From assembly GCA_965223325.1 (NCBI GenBank), contig CBDCWI010000002.1, positions 3,616,001-3,680,000 on the forward strand: a DNA stretch of 64,000 nt, in the 5' to 3' direction. Below are positions 20,730-33,330 of the stretch, in pieces (within the stretch, counting starts at the first letter, position 1; each line of letters begins with the position of its first letter). Source of the stretch: Candidatus Multivoradales bacterium. GTDB taxonomy: Bacteria; Acidobacteriota; Thermoanaerobaculia; Multivoradales; Multivoraceae. The notes beneath the pieces are model-generated. The model did no database searches. It was not told the DNA's origin and was given only the letters and a program-made list of their open reading frames with translations. Position numbers and translations under genes: made by a program.

Positions 20730-22490
20730 CTATCCGGCTCTCTCGGGCACTGCAGGGCCGGGGGCGATGCTGAGTCGATAGAGCGTCAAGGCTGTTGCTT
20801 CGGGCAGCTGTTCGGATCGGGTGATGGTCAGCCGGCAGGAGCCGGTCTGTGTGGGTCTGTCGTCGGCTGGCTGGAGTTCGATGCGGCTTCGGAAGCGCCG
20901 GCCGAGCTTGCCGTCGGCGCTCACCCAATGGGCGAAGGTCGGTGGCGCAGCGGCTCCGCCCGTCGCAGTGGCCGACCACTCGCCGGTGTCACGACCCACG
21001 AGAATGTCTGCTTCGAAGACTGGGCCGGTCGCGGTGGCGAGTTCTATCGAACCGGCGACCTCCCCGGTCGCCAACTCAGCGGCATGATCGAGCATTGAGT
21101 GCATGGTGAGGAGCACGGTGCGGAGAGAGGTTCCTTCTAGTGGCAGGGCGAGCTCATCGCAGCCAACGACGAACTGCGGCGTGTCCGAGGCCAGGACGAC
21201 CGGTGGCCAGGCGAGCAGCAGCTCTTCGTTGGCGCGCCAGGTGAGGTCTGCAACCTCGGTGACGGCGGCTTCGATCGAGGTCGCCGGAGTCGGTTGGAGC
21301 CATGGGTAGCCACCGGCGAGGAGGGCGAGGGTGCTCATGACGATGGCGGCGGTAGGCACAGCTCGCGACCACACCGGCCTTCTCTGGTTCGCCGGGGAGG
21401 GCGGGAAACCGGCGCCGCCCAGGGCCAACAAGCCGGCAGCAGGCAGGAGCGCATCGGGGGCGCCGGTTCGCGAACCGACAATCGCCAACGCCGTGGCGGT
21501 TGCTGCCAACCAGCCGCGCCGCGTGGCGTCGGGCAGGGCAAGAGAGGCAAACCAGGGCAGGAGTAGAACGAGATCGGCCCCAACCTGGGGCCACGGTCGG
21601 TTGTCTCCTACGAGGGCGAGCATTCCAGCCGCCACCAGGAGGAGCGCAAACCACGATCGCGTCCTACGCTCCTGGCCGGGCACAAGAACGATTGCCAAGC
21701 CGGCGAGGATGGCCGGGAGCGCTCGCACCGGCCCGAAGGTCACCGTAGCCGCCAGGGCCGCGACCGCAGCGCCAGCGGTCAGGGCGTAGACCGGCGAGCT
21801 GGCGGTGTTTCTAGTGAGTGCGGAGCCAAGAACGAGGGCAGCGACAACCGCTACCGCGAAGGGGTCGAGCAGGCCGCCAAAGAAGAGCAGCGCTGCCAGC
21901 ACCAGAAGGGTGCGGTCGCTCCCGGCAGACTGCGCCAGCCAGACGAGCCCGATCGCCATTGCCACTGGAACGACAACCAGGCTGAGGGACGCGGCGAGAA
22001 CTGTTCCGGCCCGAGGAGTCCCGGAACCGACGAGGGCCAAGATCAGCTCGCTTCCGAGAGTGAGCTGGATCGCCAACACCAACGCACCCCAGGCGACGAG
22101 CTTTTTCGGGTTCGCCCGCAGATCAGTGCGGTTCACGGTCCGTTCCCGAGCGACGAGGTCCCAACTGGCGAGCGCAATGGCCCCGGCAAGCAGGGCGGTC
22201 ACGCTGAGACCGCGAATCGGTGCGTTGGGAAGGGTCCACACGGCGACCGCGATGCCGAGGGGGGCAAACATGCGGAGCAGGCGATTGCGGGTGACGGAGA
22301 AGGTCATAAACAGAGCGCCGGCGGCTACCACTGCCAAGAGCCGCGCCTCGGCTGCCGAGTTGGGTTCCGCGTCGGTCCAGGCCATCGCCAGACAAGCCGC
22401 AGCGGTGGCGGCGGCAAGGGTGCCGTCAACCAGCGCATCCTGCCAACCGCTCGTCGCCGGTGGCTGCTGCGCCAGAGTCGCCTCTCTCAT
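20730..22490 (-). CDS. Polytopic membrane protein with a C-terminal extracytoplasmic domain
   Basis: Many hydrophobic segments followed by a beta-rich domain; first gene of the GT cluster. Confidence 0.7.
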   Translation of the reverse strand: MREATLAQQPPATSGWQDALVDGTLAAATAAACLAMAWTDAEPNSAAEARLLAVVAAGALFMTFSVTRNRLLRMFAPLGIAVAVWTLPNAPIRGLSVTALLAGAIALASWDLVARERTVNRTDLRANPKKLVAWGALVLAIQLTLGSELILALVGSGTPRAGTVLAASLSLVVVPVAMAIGLVWLAQSAGSDRTLLVLAALLFFGGLLDPFAVAVVAALVLGSALTRNTASSPVYALTAGAAVAALAATVTFGPVRALPAILAGLAIVLVPGQERRTRSWFALLLVAAGMLALVGDNRPWPQVGADLVLLLPWFASLALPDATRRGWLAATATALAIVGSRTGAPDALLPAAGLLALGGAGFPPSPANQRRPVWSRAVPTAAIVMSTLALLAGGYPWLQPTPATSIEAAVTEVADLTWRANEELLLAWPPVVLASDTPQFVVGCDELALPLEGTSLRTVLLTMHSMLDHAAELATGEVAGSIELATATGPVFEADILVGRDTGEWSATATGGAAAPPTFAHWVSADGKLGRRFRSRIELQPADDRPTQTGSCRLTITRSEQLPEATALTLYRLSIAPGPAVPERAG

Positions 22491-22772
22491 TCGAGTCTCT
22501 CCACGCTGACAGCGTTCAACCTCGCCGCTCGATGCGAGCGCCTTTTGGACCCGCCTCCCTTGCCCGCGTGCGACGGCTGTGGCACAGTCACGGCGCCGTT
22601 TGCGAGCGGGTCCGGGCCGGCCCGGCGTTGTCGAAGATTGCTTTCACCGCGGGTCCCGGCTAGCCAGCGAGGCCTGCTTGGCCCACGGTTCTCGAACTCC
22701 GCTACGTTTACCGATCACTATTCTCTTCCGACAAGTCGCTTTAGATCAGCCGACTTCGAAGGACCTTCGTAG

Positions 22773-26087
<3,315 letters not shown>

Positions 26088-26256
26088 CGTGGAACGGTTT
26101 TACGAGCCCAGCCAACTGTGGGAATCCCTGGCTAGCACCTCGCAGTCGGGCCAGCCAGCTCGAACGTCATCGTGTGTTCCGGCGAGCGCGCCGTGGCCGG
26201 CGGAGTCTCAAAACGCCAGGTTCACTGAATCGGCCACCGGTATGATCGTGGCGACC

Positions 26257-26472
26257 ATGTCACTACGGGATTCCGAAAGGAGCGAACGGGGAGCGCTTGG
26301 CCGCGCGATTCTCTACTCGCTGTTGGCCGTCATCAGCTTCACGAGTGCGGCGATTCTCTACTCGACGGATCGTTACGGGTGGATCACAGTGGCGGTGCAG
26401 CTGGTCCTGGGCTTTTTCTGGACGATGGCCGCGAGTCGATGGTGGCATCGATACTTTGGCCGCTGGCCCTGA
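26257..26472 (+). CDS. Small 2-TM hypothetical membrane protein
   Basis: 71 aa with two clear hydrophobic helices; fills the gap before the tRNA. Confidence 0.55.
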   Translation: MSLRDSERSERGALGRAILYSLLAVISFTSAAILYSTDRYGWITVAVQLVLGFFWTMAASRWWHRYFGRWP

Positions 26473-26523
26473 GGCTGAATCCTGGTTGTGGATCCTGGAG
26501 TTTGAGGCGAGAATCACACTCCC

Positions 26524-26613
26524 GGAGGGGTGGCAGAGTGGTCGAATGCACCGGTCTTGAAAACCGGCGTCCGTTTACGCGGACCGTGGGTTCGAATCCC
26601 ACCCCCTCCGCCA
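26524..26613 (+). tRNA. tRNA-Ser (anticodon TGA)
   Basis: GGAGGGG/CCCCTCC acceptor stem, CCGGT-CTTGAAA-ACCGG anticodon arm, long variable arm, GTTCGAATC, encoded CCA. Confidence 0.97.
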
Positions 26614-26995
26614 CTCGCTGGCCGGAGGCCAGCGGTGGCGGTGTGGCTGGGATTCAGTGGTGCGCTCCAGCTTTCAGCTGAACCGCATGCATCGAATCCC
26701 ACCCCCTCCCACTCGCTGGCGGGGGGCCAGCGGTGGCGGCGTGGCTGGGATTCAGTGGTGCGCTCCAGCTTTCAGCTGAACCGCATGCATCGAATCCCAC
26801 CCCCTCCCACTCGCTGGCGGGGGGCCAGCGGTGGCGGTGTGGCTGGGATTCAGTGGTGCGCTCCAGCTTTCAGCTGAACCGCATGCATCGAATCCCACCC
26901 CCTCCCACTCGCTGGCGGGGGGCCAGCGGTGGCGGTGTGGCTGGGATTCAGTGGTGCGCTCCAGCTTTCAGCTGGACCGCATGCATCGAATCCCC
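26614..26995 (+). repeat. Four tandem ~98 bp tRNA-linked repeats, each ending in a copy of the tRNA-Ser 3' end
   Basis: TCGAATCCC recurs at 26592 (in the tRNA), 26692, 26790, 26888, 26986; units near-identical. Confidence 0.95.
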
Positions 26996-27158
26996 CTCGC
27001 ACCGTTTCGCTTTTCTCGGAAGGTTGGTCTTTGCTTGTCTGGCCTTCGGCCAGGCTCGCCGGAGTCGGTGCGGAGCGGTCACGGTTGAAGCGTTCTCCGC
27101 CCGCCAGCCCTCCCTGCCAATCGGTGCGAGATCGTCGCATGCGTGACACAGTCGGTCT

Positions 27159-27677
27159 ATGCAGCATTCAAAGTTGGTACGTCAAACGGTCCGTCTCCCC
27201 ATCGTGCTGCTTACTCTGTCAATCATCGCGGGAGGCCTACAGGCTCATCCGAAACGATATGACCCAGATGGCGAGTACTACTTCACTTTTAGGGACGCGC
27301 CTCGTTCACTGGAGCTGAAGTCTGACGAAATCTGGGTCAAAGCCCGGGCAGGAAGTACCGTCTCGGATGAGGAAATCCGCACGCAGGTTCCCGGGTGGGC
27401 ACGCAGCCTCACGAGGGGCCAGTGGGTTCTGTTCAAGGGCCCGAATGCTTCTGCGCCTCCACGTCCGGCGAGTATTGAACCCCTACCCCCCCGGAGAATT
27501 CGTGGCGCTATCAACCGCCTGATTGACACACTTCAGAACACCCTTTGGGTCAGCCCTGCGTTCTTGGATCCGGATGGCTACGAGCTGACCTTCCCCCCGC
27601 AACTGGTGGTCAGGCTGCGACCTGGAATCGCTGATGAAGATGCACAGCGATTCTTCCGGCGGACTGGGTTCCAGTAA
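27159..27677 (+). CDS. Signal peptide plus probable N-terminal/pro-region of the downstream subtilase (split gene)
   Basis: Signal peptide, SPAF...PPQLVVRLRPG typical of S8 pro-regions; stops 8 bp before the S8 ORF, which is in another frame. Confidence 0.55.
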   Translation: MQHSKLVRQTVRLPIVLLTLSIIAGGLQAHPKRYDPDGEYYFTFRDAPRSLELKSDEIWVKARAGSTVSDEEIRTQVPGWARSLTRGQWVLFKGPNASAPPRPASIEPLPPRRIRGAINRLIDTLQNTLWVSPAFLDPDGYELTFPPQLVVRLRPGIADEDAQRFFRRTGFQ

Positions 27678-27685
27678 CGGTTGTA

Positions 27686-28855
27686 ATGCCGACGAACTCA
27701 TGGGCATTAGATGGAACGTGGGGGATCAACGTCGGCCCGGCATGGGACCTTTGCGGAGGTGCCGACTCGGCCAGCAATCCAATAGTGCGAGTGGGAGTGG
27801 TCGACGAGGGAATCGACTCGACACACGCCGACCTCGATGCGGAGACTGGCCGAAACTTCGCGGCCGAAGGCTACGACAACAACGGTGTGCCGAACGTCCC
27901 GGTTGGCCCGTCGAGCACTGCTGCTCACGTTCACGACGACGATCGTTACATGCTCAGCACCCCAGAGAGTTGCGAGAGGCATGGAACTCAGGTCGCTGGA
28001 ATCGTCGGGATGCTCAACAATCTTGACGGTAGTTCCAACCAGGCCGGAGGCGTCGGTGTGGCGCCGGAAGCGACCATTGTTCCCGTCAAAGGTCACTTCT
28101 TCGTCTGGGGAGACGATGGTTCCGGCAGTTTTGAGTGTGGCCTTAAGTCTGCGCAGGTCAACTCGGAGATCGCAGATGCTCTGGCTTGGGCCGCGAGTCC
28201 GACGGGTGGCAATGTCCGTGTCCTTGTCCACAGCTGGGAGGTCAATCTCTCGAGTGCCGTGACCGACCAGTACGTGGCTCTCCGCAACGCCGGTGTCGTG
28301 TCGGTTTCATCAGCGGGCCACGGCAACTCATCGGGAGTGACCTTTCCGGCGAATCTCCCCGAGGTTATCGCTGTGGGGGGTATAGATGACCAAGGACGGC
28401 GATTGGTTAGCGGTAGCAACGGGAGCAATTGGGCCGGCCAAGGCCTGTCGATGCCCTTCGCGGCACCAGCGTACTTCCTCCTTACGGCCGATCCCTCTTG
28501 TAGGAGGGGAGAACTCGATTCGTTCCCTGTCGGCCAGCTGACCTGTGCCAACGACTTGAATAAGGGCAACTATGTTCGCCAAGCGCTGGGTACCTCCCAC
28601 GCAGCACCGTTCGTTGCGGGGACAGCTGCTCTCATGATTGGCGTAAACGATGCCCTGGATCCCCACGCGGTAGAGAAGATTCTCTGCTGGACCTCTCGCA
28701 GCCTCCCCGGCTGGTCTCGGAATACTCCACCGGAGCCGCCTCCAGACTGTGGCCTCATCGATGCAGGGGCGGCCGTCGAAATGGCCCTTGACTACTTATT
28801 CGATGACGACTTTGAGACGGAGGACGTTGGCCGGTGGTCCTCGGTAACACCCTGA
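27686..28855 (+). CDS. S8 subtilisin-like serine peptidase catalytic domain (possibly pseudogenised)
   Basis: Triad motifs VGVVDEGID, HGTQVAG, GTSHAAPFVAG; no signal peptide of its own. Confidence 0.85.
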   Translation: MPTNSWALDGTWGINVGPAWDLCGGADSASNPIVRVGVVDEGIDSTHADLDAETGRNFAAEGYDNNGVPNVPVGPSSTAAHVHDDDRYMLSTPESCERHGTQVAGIVGMLNNLDGSSNQAGGVGVAPEATIVPVKGHFFVWGDDGSGSFECGLKSAQVNSEIADALAWAASPTGGNVRVLVHSWEVNLSSAVTDQYVALRNAGVVSVSSAGHGNSSGVTFPANLPEVIAVGGIDDQGRRLVSGSNGSNWAGQGLSMPFAAPAYFLLTADPSCRRGELDSFPVGQLTCANDLNKGNYVRQALGTSHAAPFVAGTAALMIGVNDALDPHAVEKILCWTSRSLPGWSRNTPPEPPPDCGLIDAGAAVEMALDYLFDDDFETEDVGRWSSVTP

Positions 28856-29496
28856 TTTGGCAGCTTCCTCTGTGGGCACTCATCTCCGCGGCGAGTGTCT
28901 TCGGCGAAACTCAGCTCCAACAGCACTTCGACTTCGAAGCGCCCGAGTCGGTGGAGTTCTTTTCTTATGCGGAAGAAAGCGGCCAAGCGGACCAGTTTCC
29001 TGCAGGCGACCTCTTGCATTCGGAGAGTTCTTTCGCCGGCTCAGGCAGTCTCGAGATTCGCAAGCTCGCGAATGGCATCGCGCGAGTTGACGCTCGGAGC
29101 CCGTGCTACGCCGGGCGGCTTGGTGCCGAGGTAAGGATCAACGCGACCCGGCTTGCTACCGTGGACGGGTATCGCTGCGCCGTTGTTCTTCTTGCCTATC
29201 GAAGCGCTGGCTGCAGCGGAGAGCCGGCTATCTCTTTCAGGGATGAGGGTGGCGGCGACGCGTGGAGTGATGTTCGTTTGGTAGAGCCTCTCAGGGGAGG
29301 CAGGCCTCACTATCGGTGGGGCCTTTGGGCGACGGGGACGCCGCCTGGAAGCTGCCTGTTTGACGAGGTTTCCTTCACTGGGCCTCTGCTCCTGCCTGCC
29401 CCAGTTCCCACTGTAGGTCCAGCGGGGCTGTTTGCCCTCGCCTCTCTCCTGGTAGGGATCGGTCTCTGGCGTCTCCGATACCGAGGTGCGTTTTGA
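28834..29496 (+). CDS. Secreted protein with an IPTL-CTERM-like C-terminal anchor
   Basis: GGAGGA RBS, GTG start, signal peptide, C-terminal VPTVGPAGLFALASLLVGIGLWRLR (motif, TM helix, Arg cluster). Confidence 0.7.
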   Translation: MVLGNTLIWQLPLWALISAASVFGETQLQQHFDFEAPESVEFFSYAEESGQADQFPAGDLLHSESSFAGSGSLEIRKLANGIARVDARSPCYAGRLGAEVRINATRLATVDGYRCAVVLLAYRSAGCSGEPAISFRDEGGGDAWSDVRLVEPLRGGRPHYRWGLWATGTPPGSCLFDEVSFTGPLLLPAPVPTVGPAGLFALASLLVGIGLWRLRYRGAF

Positions 29497-29499
29497 TCA

Positions 29500-30047
29500 C
29501 CCTACACTTCGCTCTGTCGAACGCTGTGTTGGTCAGGACGGTGACCGGGTTGGTGAGCTGGGAGCCCGGCCGGCGTCTGTGGGACTGACGACGATCGTCC
29601 AGGTGGACGAACTCGATGTTTGGGCGCTCGGATCGGTTGGTTGCGAGGAAGCCCAAGGCGTTGAGGTGGAGGCCGCCTTACTCTACGGCCAGAACTCTTG
29701 GGCTTCGCCCACCTCTAGCCACGAGAGCTGTTCTTCGAGGCGCATGCCGGAGACTTCACTCATGGTCTCCATCGTGCGGCCCTTGCCCGTGGTGTAGAAG
29801 GCGTGGATGATTCTCTGGTGCGGAAGGCGACGCGGCGGCCGTCGCCTGGCGGCGCAGAGAGCTTCCGCTGGCACGAGGTGGTCGGGGCTGGGGTCCGCGA
29901 GGTCTCTGAAATCGGTGACTTCCAGGCCCATGGGCGTAGGAGGGCGAGGCCCATCTGGGGGCAACCGCTCCGGGCGAAACCGTTAGGTGCGGGCACGGCG
30001 GCGGTGTCGTCGCGAACGGTCTGACGTGTAGCTGGAGTCTGGAGGGC
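29500..30047 (-). pseudogene. Degraded remnant of a possible TolB/PD40 beta-propeller gene
   Basis: Fragments in different frames (LHVRPF..PRW, PGDGRRVAF, FLATNRSERPNIEFVHLD) resemble PD40 blades; broken by frameshifts/stops; abuts the IS end. Confidence 0.3.
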
Positions 30048-30667
30048 CGAGCCTGCCCAGTTTCAGTGGACAGTTGGTTTAGCCACGGTCGTGGCATTTG
30101 TATCTGACTTCTTCATCTCTGGGACCAGCGGTAGCCGAGTTGCTCGACGCGGCCGAGTTGCTCGTTCTCGAAGCGGACCGGACTGATGTTTCCAACGTGC
30201 GAATGGCGACGGCGACGATTGTAGAAGACCTCGATGTAGTCGAAGACAACTGCGTGAGCCTGGCTCCGGCTCGCGAAGATGTCGACGCCAATCTCGGTCT
30301 TCAATGTGTCGAAGAGACTCTCGACCACAGCATGATCCCAGCAGTCTCCTCGGCGACTCATACTCTGCGTCATGCCGAGCTCCTCGAGCCGGTTCCGGTA
30401 CGCCTTACTGCAGTATTGGGATCCATGATCGGAGTGATGGAGAATGCCCTGCACCGGATCTCGAAGATCGACGGCACGATCGAGTGCGCGAAGAACGAGC
30501 TCCTGCTCGAGACTGTCCGGGAGCGCCCACCCGATCACCCGGCGCGACCACAGATCCATCACCACGGCCAGGTACGACCAGCTTTCTCGAGTTCTCAGGT
30601 ACGTGATGTCGGCGCACCACACCTGGTCGACCTCATCGACAGTGAAGCGCCCCAGGGCGTTGTTCTA
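30048..30667 (-). mobile_element. Truncated IS3-family element (OrfB integrase core plus right end)
   Basis: NNALGRFTVDEVDQVWCADITY, MDLWSRRVIGW, HHSDHGSQY, VVESLFDTLKTE, FYNRRRRHS; IS3-like end CGAGCCTGCCCAGTTTCAGTGGACAGTT at 30048; OrfA and left end absent. Confidence 0.9.
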
Positions 30668-30671
30668 TGCC

Positions 30672-32699
30672 TCAGCTCAGCTTGCTCCAGGTCTCCTTGA
30701 CGGCTTCGGGGGTGAAGCCGTAGCTCTCTGCCAGGTCGGAGGCGGGGGCTGAGGCGCCGAAGCCGTCGATGGCCTGGATGGCGCCGGTTGGGCCGGTGTA
30801 GCGGTCCCAGCCTAGGGGGCAGGCTGCTTCGATGGCTAGGCGACGGGTTAGTTGGGGCGGTAGGACCTGGTCTCGGTAGGCCTGGTCCTGATCTTCGAAG
30901 AGTTCCCAGGACGGCATGCTTACTACGCGTACAGCTTCGCCTTCGGTGGCCAGCTGTTGGGCGGTGCTGATGGCTAGGGCTACCTCTGAACCGGTGGCCA
31001 GGAGAATGCCCGTTGGTTCGCTCTCGGGCTCGTGAGCGATCCAGGCGCCGCGGGCTACACCGGCATGGACCTCTGCGGCGGGTGCGCTGAGGGTTGGCAG
31101 GCCCTGGCGGGTCAACGCGATGGCGGTGGGGCCGCTGGTGCGCTCTAGTGCGACTTTCCAGGCGCCGGCGGTTTCTGTGGCGTCTGCTGGCCGGAGCACG
31201 ACCAGGTTGGGTATCGCGCGCAGGGCTGCGAGGGCGGCGATCGGTTGGTGGGTGGGACCGTCTTCGCCGAGGAAGATGGAGTCGTGGGTGAACACCCAGG
31301 TGACGGGGACGCCCATCAAGGCCGAAAGGCGAAGCGCTGGGCGTAGGTAGTCGGCGAAGATCAGGAAGGTGCCGCCGAAGGGGCGGATGAGTCCCGAGAG
31401 GGCCATGCCGTTCATGGCTGCCCCCATGGCGTGTTCGCGGATGCCCCAACGGAAGTTGCGCGCTGGTTGGCCGGCCTTGTAGTCGCCTGAACCCGGCAGG
31501 TAGGTGTTGTTCGAACCAGTGAGATCGGCCGAACCGCCGATCAGCTCGGGGAGGGGCTCTTCGAGTGCCGCTAGAACCGCACCGGATGATTTGCGGGAGG
31601 CGAGCTTCTCGCCGGCTGCTACCTCTGGGAGTGCTTCGTGCCATTTCTCAGGCAGCGTTCCAGCGGCACGACGCTCGAGCTCGGCGGCGCGCTCTGGTTC
31701 GGCGGCGGCCCATTGCTCCTTATGGGCCTGCCACTCGTTGTGCGCTTGCCGGCCGCGCTCGGCCGCCTTGCGAAAGGCCTCACGTGATTCGGTTGGCACC
31801 CGAAAGGGTGGCTCGGTGGGCCAGCCGAGGCGCGTTTTCGTGAGTTCGACTTCTTCGGTGCCGAGCGGTGCGCCGTGCGACTTCGAGCTGTCGGCTTTGT
31901 TGGGGCTGCCGTAGCCGATGATCGTGCGCACTTTGATCAGCGACGGGCGCTCGGTTTCAGAGCAGGCGGCGGCATAGGCGCGGTGGAGCGCTTCGAGGTC
32001 GTTGCCGTCTTCGACTTCGGTTGTATGCCAGCCGTAGGCCTGGTAGCGCGCACAGACGTCTTCGCTCATCGACATCGAAAGCGGGCCGTCGATGGTGATC
32101 TGGTTGGCGTCGTAGATGACATTCAGTTTGCCGAGCTCGAGGTGCCCGGCCAGTGAACTCGCTTCGCTGGCAATGCCTTCTTGAATGTCGCCGTCGCTGG
32201 CCAGCACCCAGGTGCGGTTGTCGAAGATGGCGTGTTCGGCGGTGTTGAAGCGCTCGGCGAGGAGGCGTTCCGCGAGCGCCATGCCGACGGCGGTCGCCAG
32301 GCCCTGACCGAGCGGGCCGGTGGTGGTTTCAACACCTGCGGTGTGGCCGTACTCCGGGTGACCGGGGGTCTTGCTGCCGAGTTGGCGGAAGTTCTGCAGC
32401 TCCTCGATCGACAGGTCGTAGCCGGCGAGATGCAAGAGCCCATAGAGGAGAGCCGAAGCGTGCCCGCACGACAAGACGAAGCGATCGCGGTTCATCCACT
32501 GCGGTGCAGAAGGGTCGAAGCGAAGGAAGTGTCGCCACAGCAAGTAGGCCGCAGCTGCCTGGCCCATGGGGGCACCAGGGTGACCGCTGTTGGCACGTTC
32601 GACCATGTCGACGGCGAGAAAGCGCAGGGTGTCGATGGCGATCGAATCGAGGGGGGACGCGACGAAGGCGTCCGAATCCGCGTTGCAGCGGTCCGGCAT
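30672..32699 (-). CDS. tkt: Transketolase
   Basis: [51 protein letters not shown]. Confidence 0.97.
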   Translation of the reverse strand: MPDRCNADSDAFVASPLDSIAIDTLRFLAVDMVERANSGHPGAPMGQAAAAYLLWRHFLRFDPSAPQWMNRDRFVLSCGHASALLYGLLHLAGYDLSIEELQNFRQLGSKTPGHPEYGHTAGVETTTGPLGQGLATAVGMALAERLLAERFNTAEHAIFDNRTWVLASDGDIQEGIASEASSLAGHLELGKLNVIYDANQITIDGPLSMSMSEDVCARYQAYGWHTTEVEDGNDLEALHRAYAAACSETERPSLIKVRTIIGYGSPNKADSSKSHGAPLGTEEVELTKTRLGWPTEPPFRVPTESREAFRKAAERGRQAHNEWQAHKEQWAAAEPERAAELERRAAGTLPEKWHEALPEVAAGEKLASRKSSGAVLAALEEPLPELIGGSADLTGSNNTYLPGSGDYKAGQPARNFRWGIREHAMGAAMNGMALSGLIRPFGGTFLIFADYLRPALRLSALMGVPVTWVFTHDSIFLGEDGPTHQPIAALAALRAIPNLVVLRPADATETAGAWKVALERTSGPTAIALTRQGLPTLSAPAAEVHAGVARGAWIAHEPESEPTGILLATGSEVALAISTAQQLATEGEAVRVVSMPSWELFEDQDQAYRDQVLPPQLTRRLAIEAACPLGWDRYTGPTGAIQAIDGFGASAPASDLAESYGFTPEAVKETWSKLS

Positions 32700-32789
32700 G
32701 CGGCGAGCTCCGAGTCAGTGCTGTGGGTACGGTGGAAAGGTGCGCGCAGTGTACAACGCAGCGAAACGCACGAGGCCAGGCAGCTGCCC

Positions 32790-32868
32790 ACCAAGCAATC
32801 TGCCGCAGGCGCAAGCGAAGCGAGCGCTAGACCAAGCAATGGGTCGCAGGCGCAAGCGAAGCGAGCGC
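32790..32868. repeat. Two tandem 38 bp direct repeats (41 bp period)
   Basis: ACCAAGCAAT-N4-CGCAGGCGCAAGCGAAGCGAGCGC at 32790-32827 and 32831-32868. Confidence 0.85.
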
Positions 32869-32883
32869 CCCCACCAGCTTTCC

Positions 32884-32947
32884 GAGAGGGAGGGATTCGA
32901 TGCATGCGTTTCAGCCGAAGGCTGAACCGCACCACTGAAGCCCTCAC
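32884..32947 (-). repeat. Single copy of the tRNA-linked hairpin element, with duplicated 3' end of tRNA-Ser(GCT)
   Basis: Minus strand GAGGGCTTCAGTGGTGCGGTTCAGCCTTCGGCTGAAACGCATGCATCGAATCCCTCCCTCTC matches the 26.6-27.0 kb unit core. Confidence 0.9.
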
Positions 32948-32972
32948 TCGCCGACAGCACGCCGGAGGCGTG

Positions 32973-33065
<93 letters not shown>

Positions 33066-33126
33066 GTTTTTCGGTGTCAAAAAAGCCGGCGACTGAGTCC
33101 GCACTGGCTTACCGAAGGGACGCGCG

Positions 33127-33155
33127 ATTCTACGGCGGTGCCTTGGCCCCGGCAA
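33127..33155 (-). promoter_or_regulatory. sigma70-type promoter for tRNA-Ser(GCT)
   Basis: Minus strand TTGCCG, 17 bp, TAGAAT, followed by a GC-rich discriminator. Confidence 0.6.
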
Positions 33156-33200
33156 GCGGCAGCACCGAGGGCTCTCGCGCCCGATCTCCAACGACCCGTA

Positions 33201-33230
33201 TTGACCACACGGAAGCGGGAGCGCTATCCT
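33201..33230 (+). promoter_or_regulatory. sigma70-type promoter for tRNA-Gln
   Basis: TTGACC, 18 bp, TATCCT, 26 bp upstream of the tRNA. Confidence 0.5.
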
Positions 33231-33256
33231 CACTCGCCGCCCGAAGCGGTGGTTGC

Positions 33257-33330
33257 TGGGACGTCGTCTAATGGTAGGACATGCGGCTCTGGACCGTAGA
33301 ATCGGGGTTCGAATCCCTGCGTCCCAACCA
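33257..33330 (+). tRNA. tRNA-Gln (anticodon CTG)
   Basis: TGGGACG/CGTCCCA acceptor stem, TGCGG-CTCTGGA-CCGTA anticodon arm, GTTCGAATC, CCA. Confidence 0.96.

Noticed and set aside
14614-21098. Long plus-strand ORFs opposite the GT cluster (and similar antisense ORFs elsewhere)
   Set aside because: Expected antisense open frames in high-GC coding DNA; no motifs or RBS
26614-26995. CRISPR array or extra tRNA genes
   Set aside because: Units are near-identical over their whole length and contain only the tRNA 3' end, with no D or anticodon arm
30098-30700. 200-aa plus-strand ORF
   Set aside because: Antisense shadow of the IS3 integrase core
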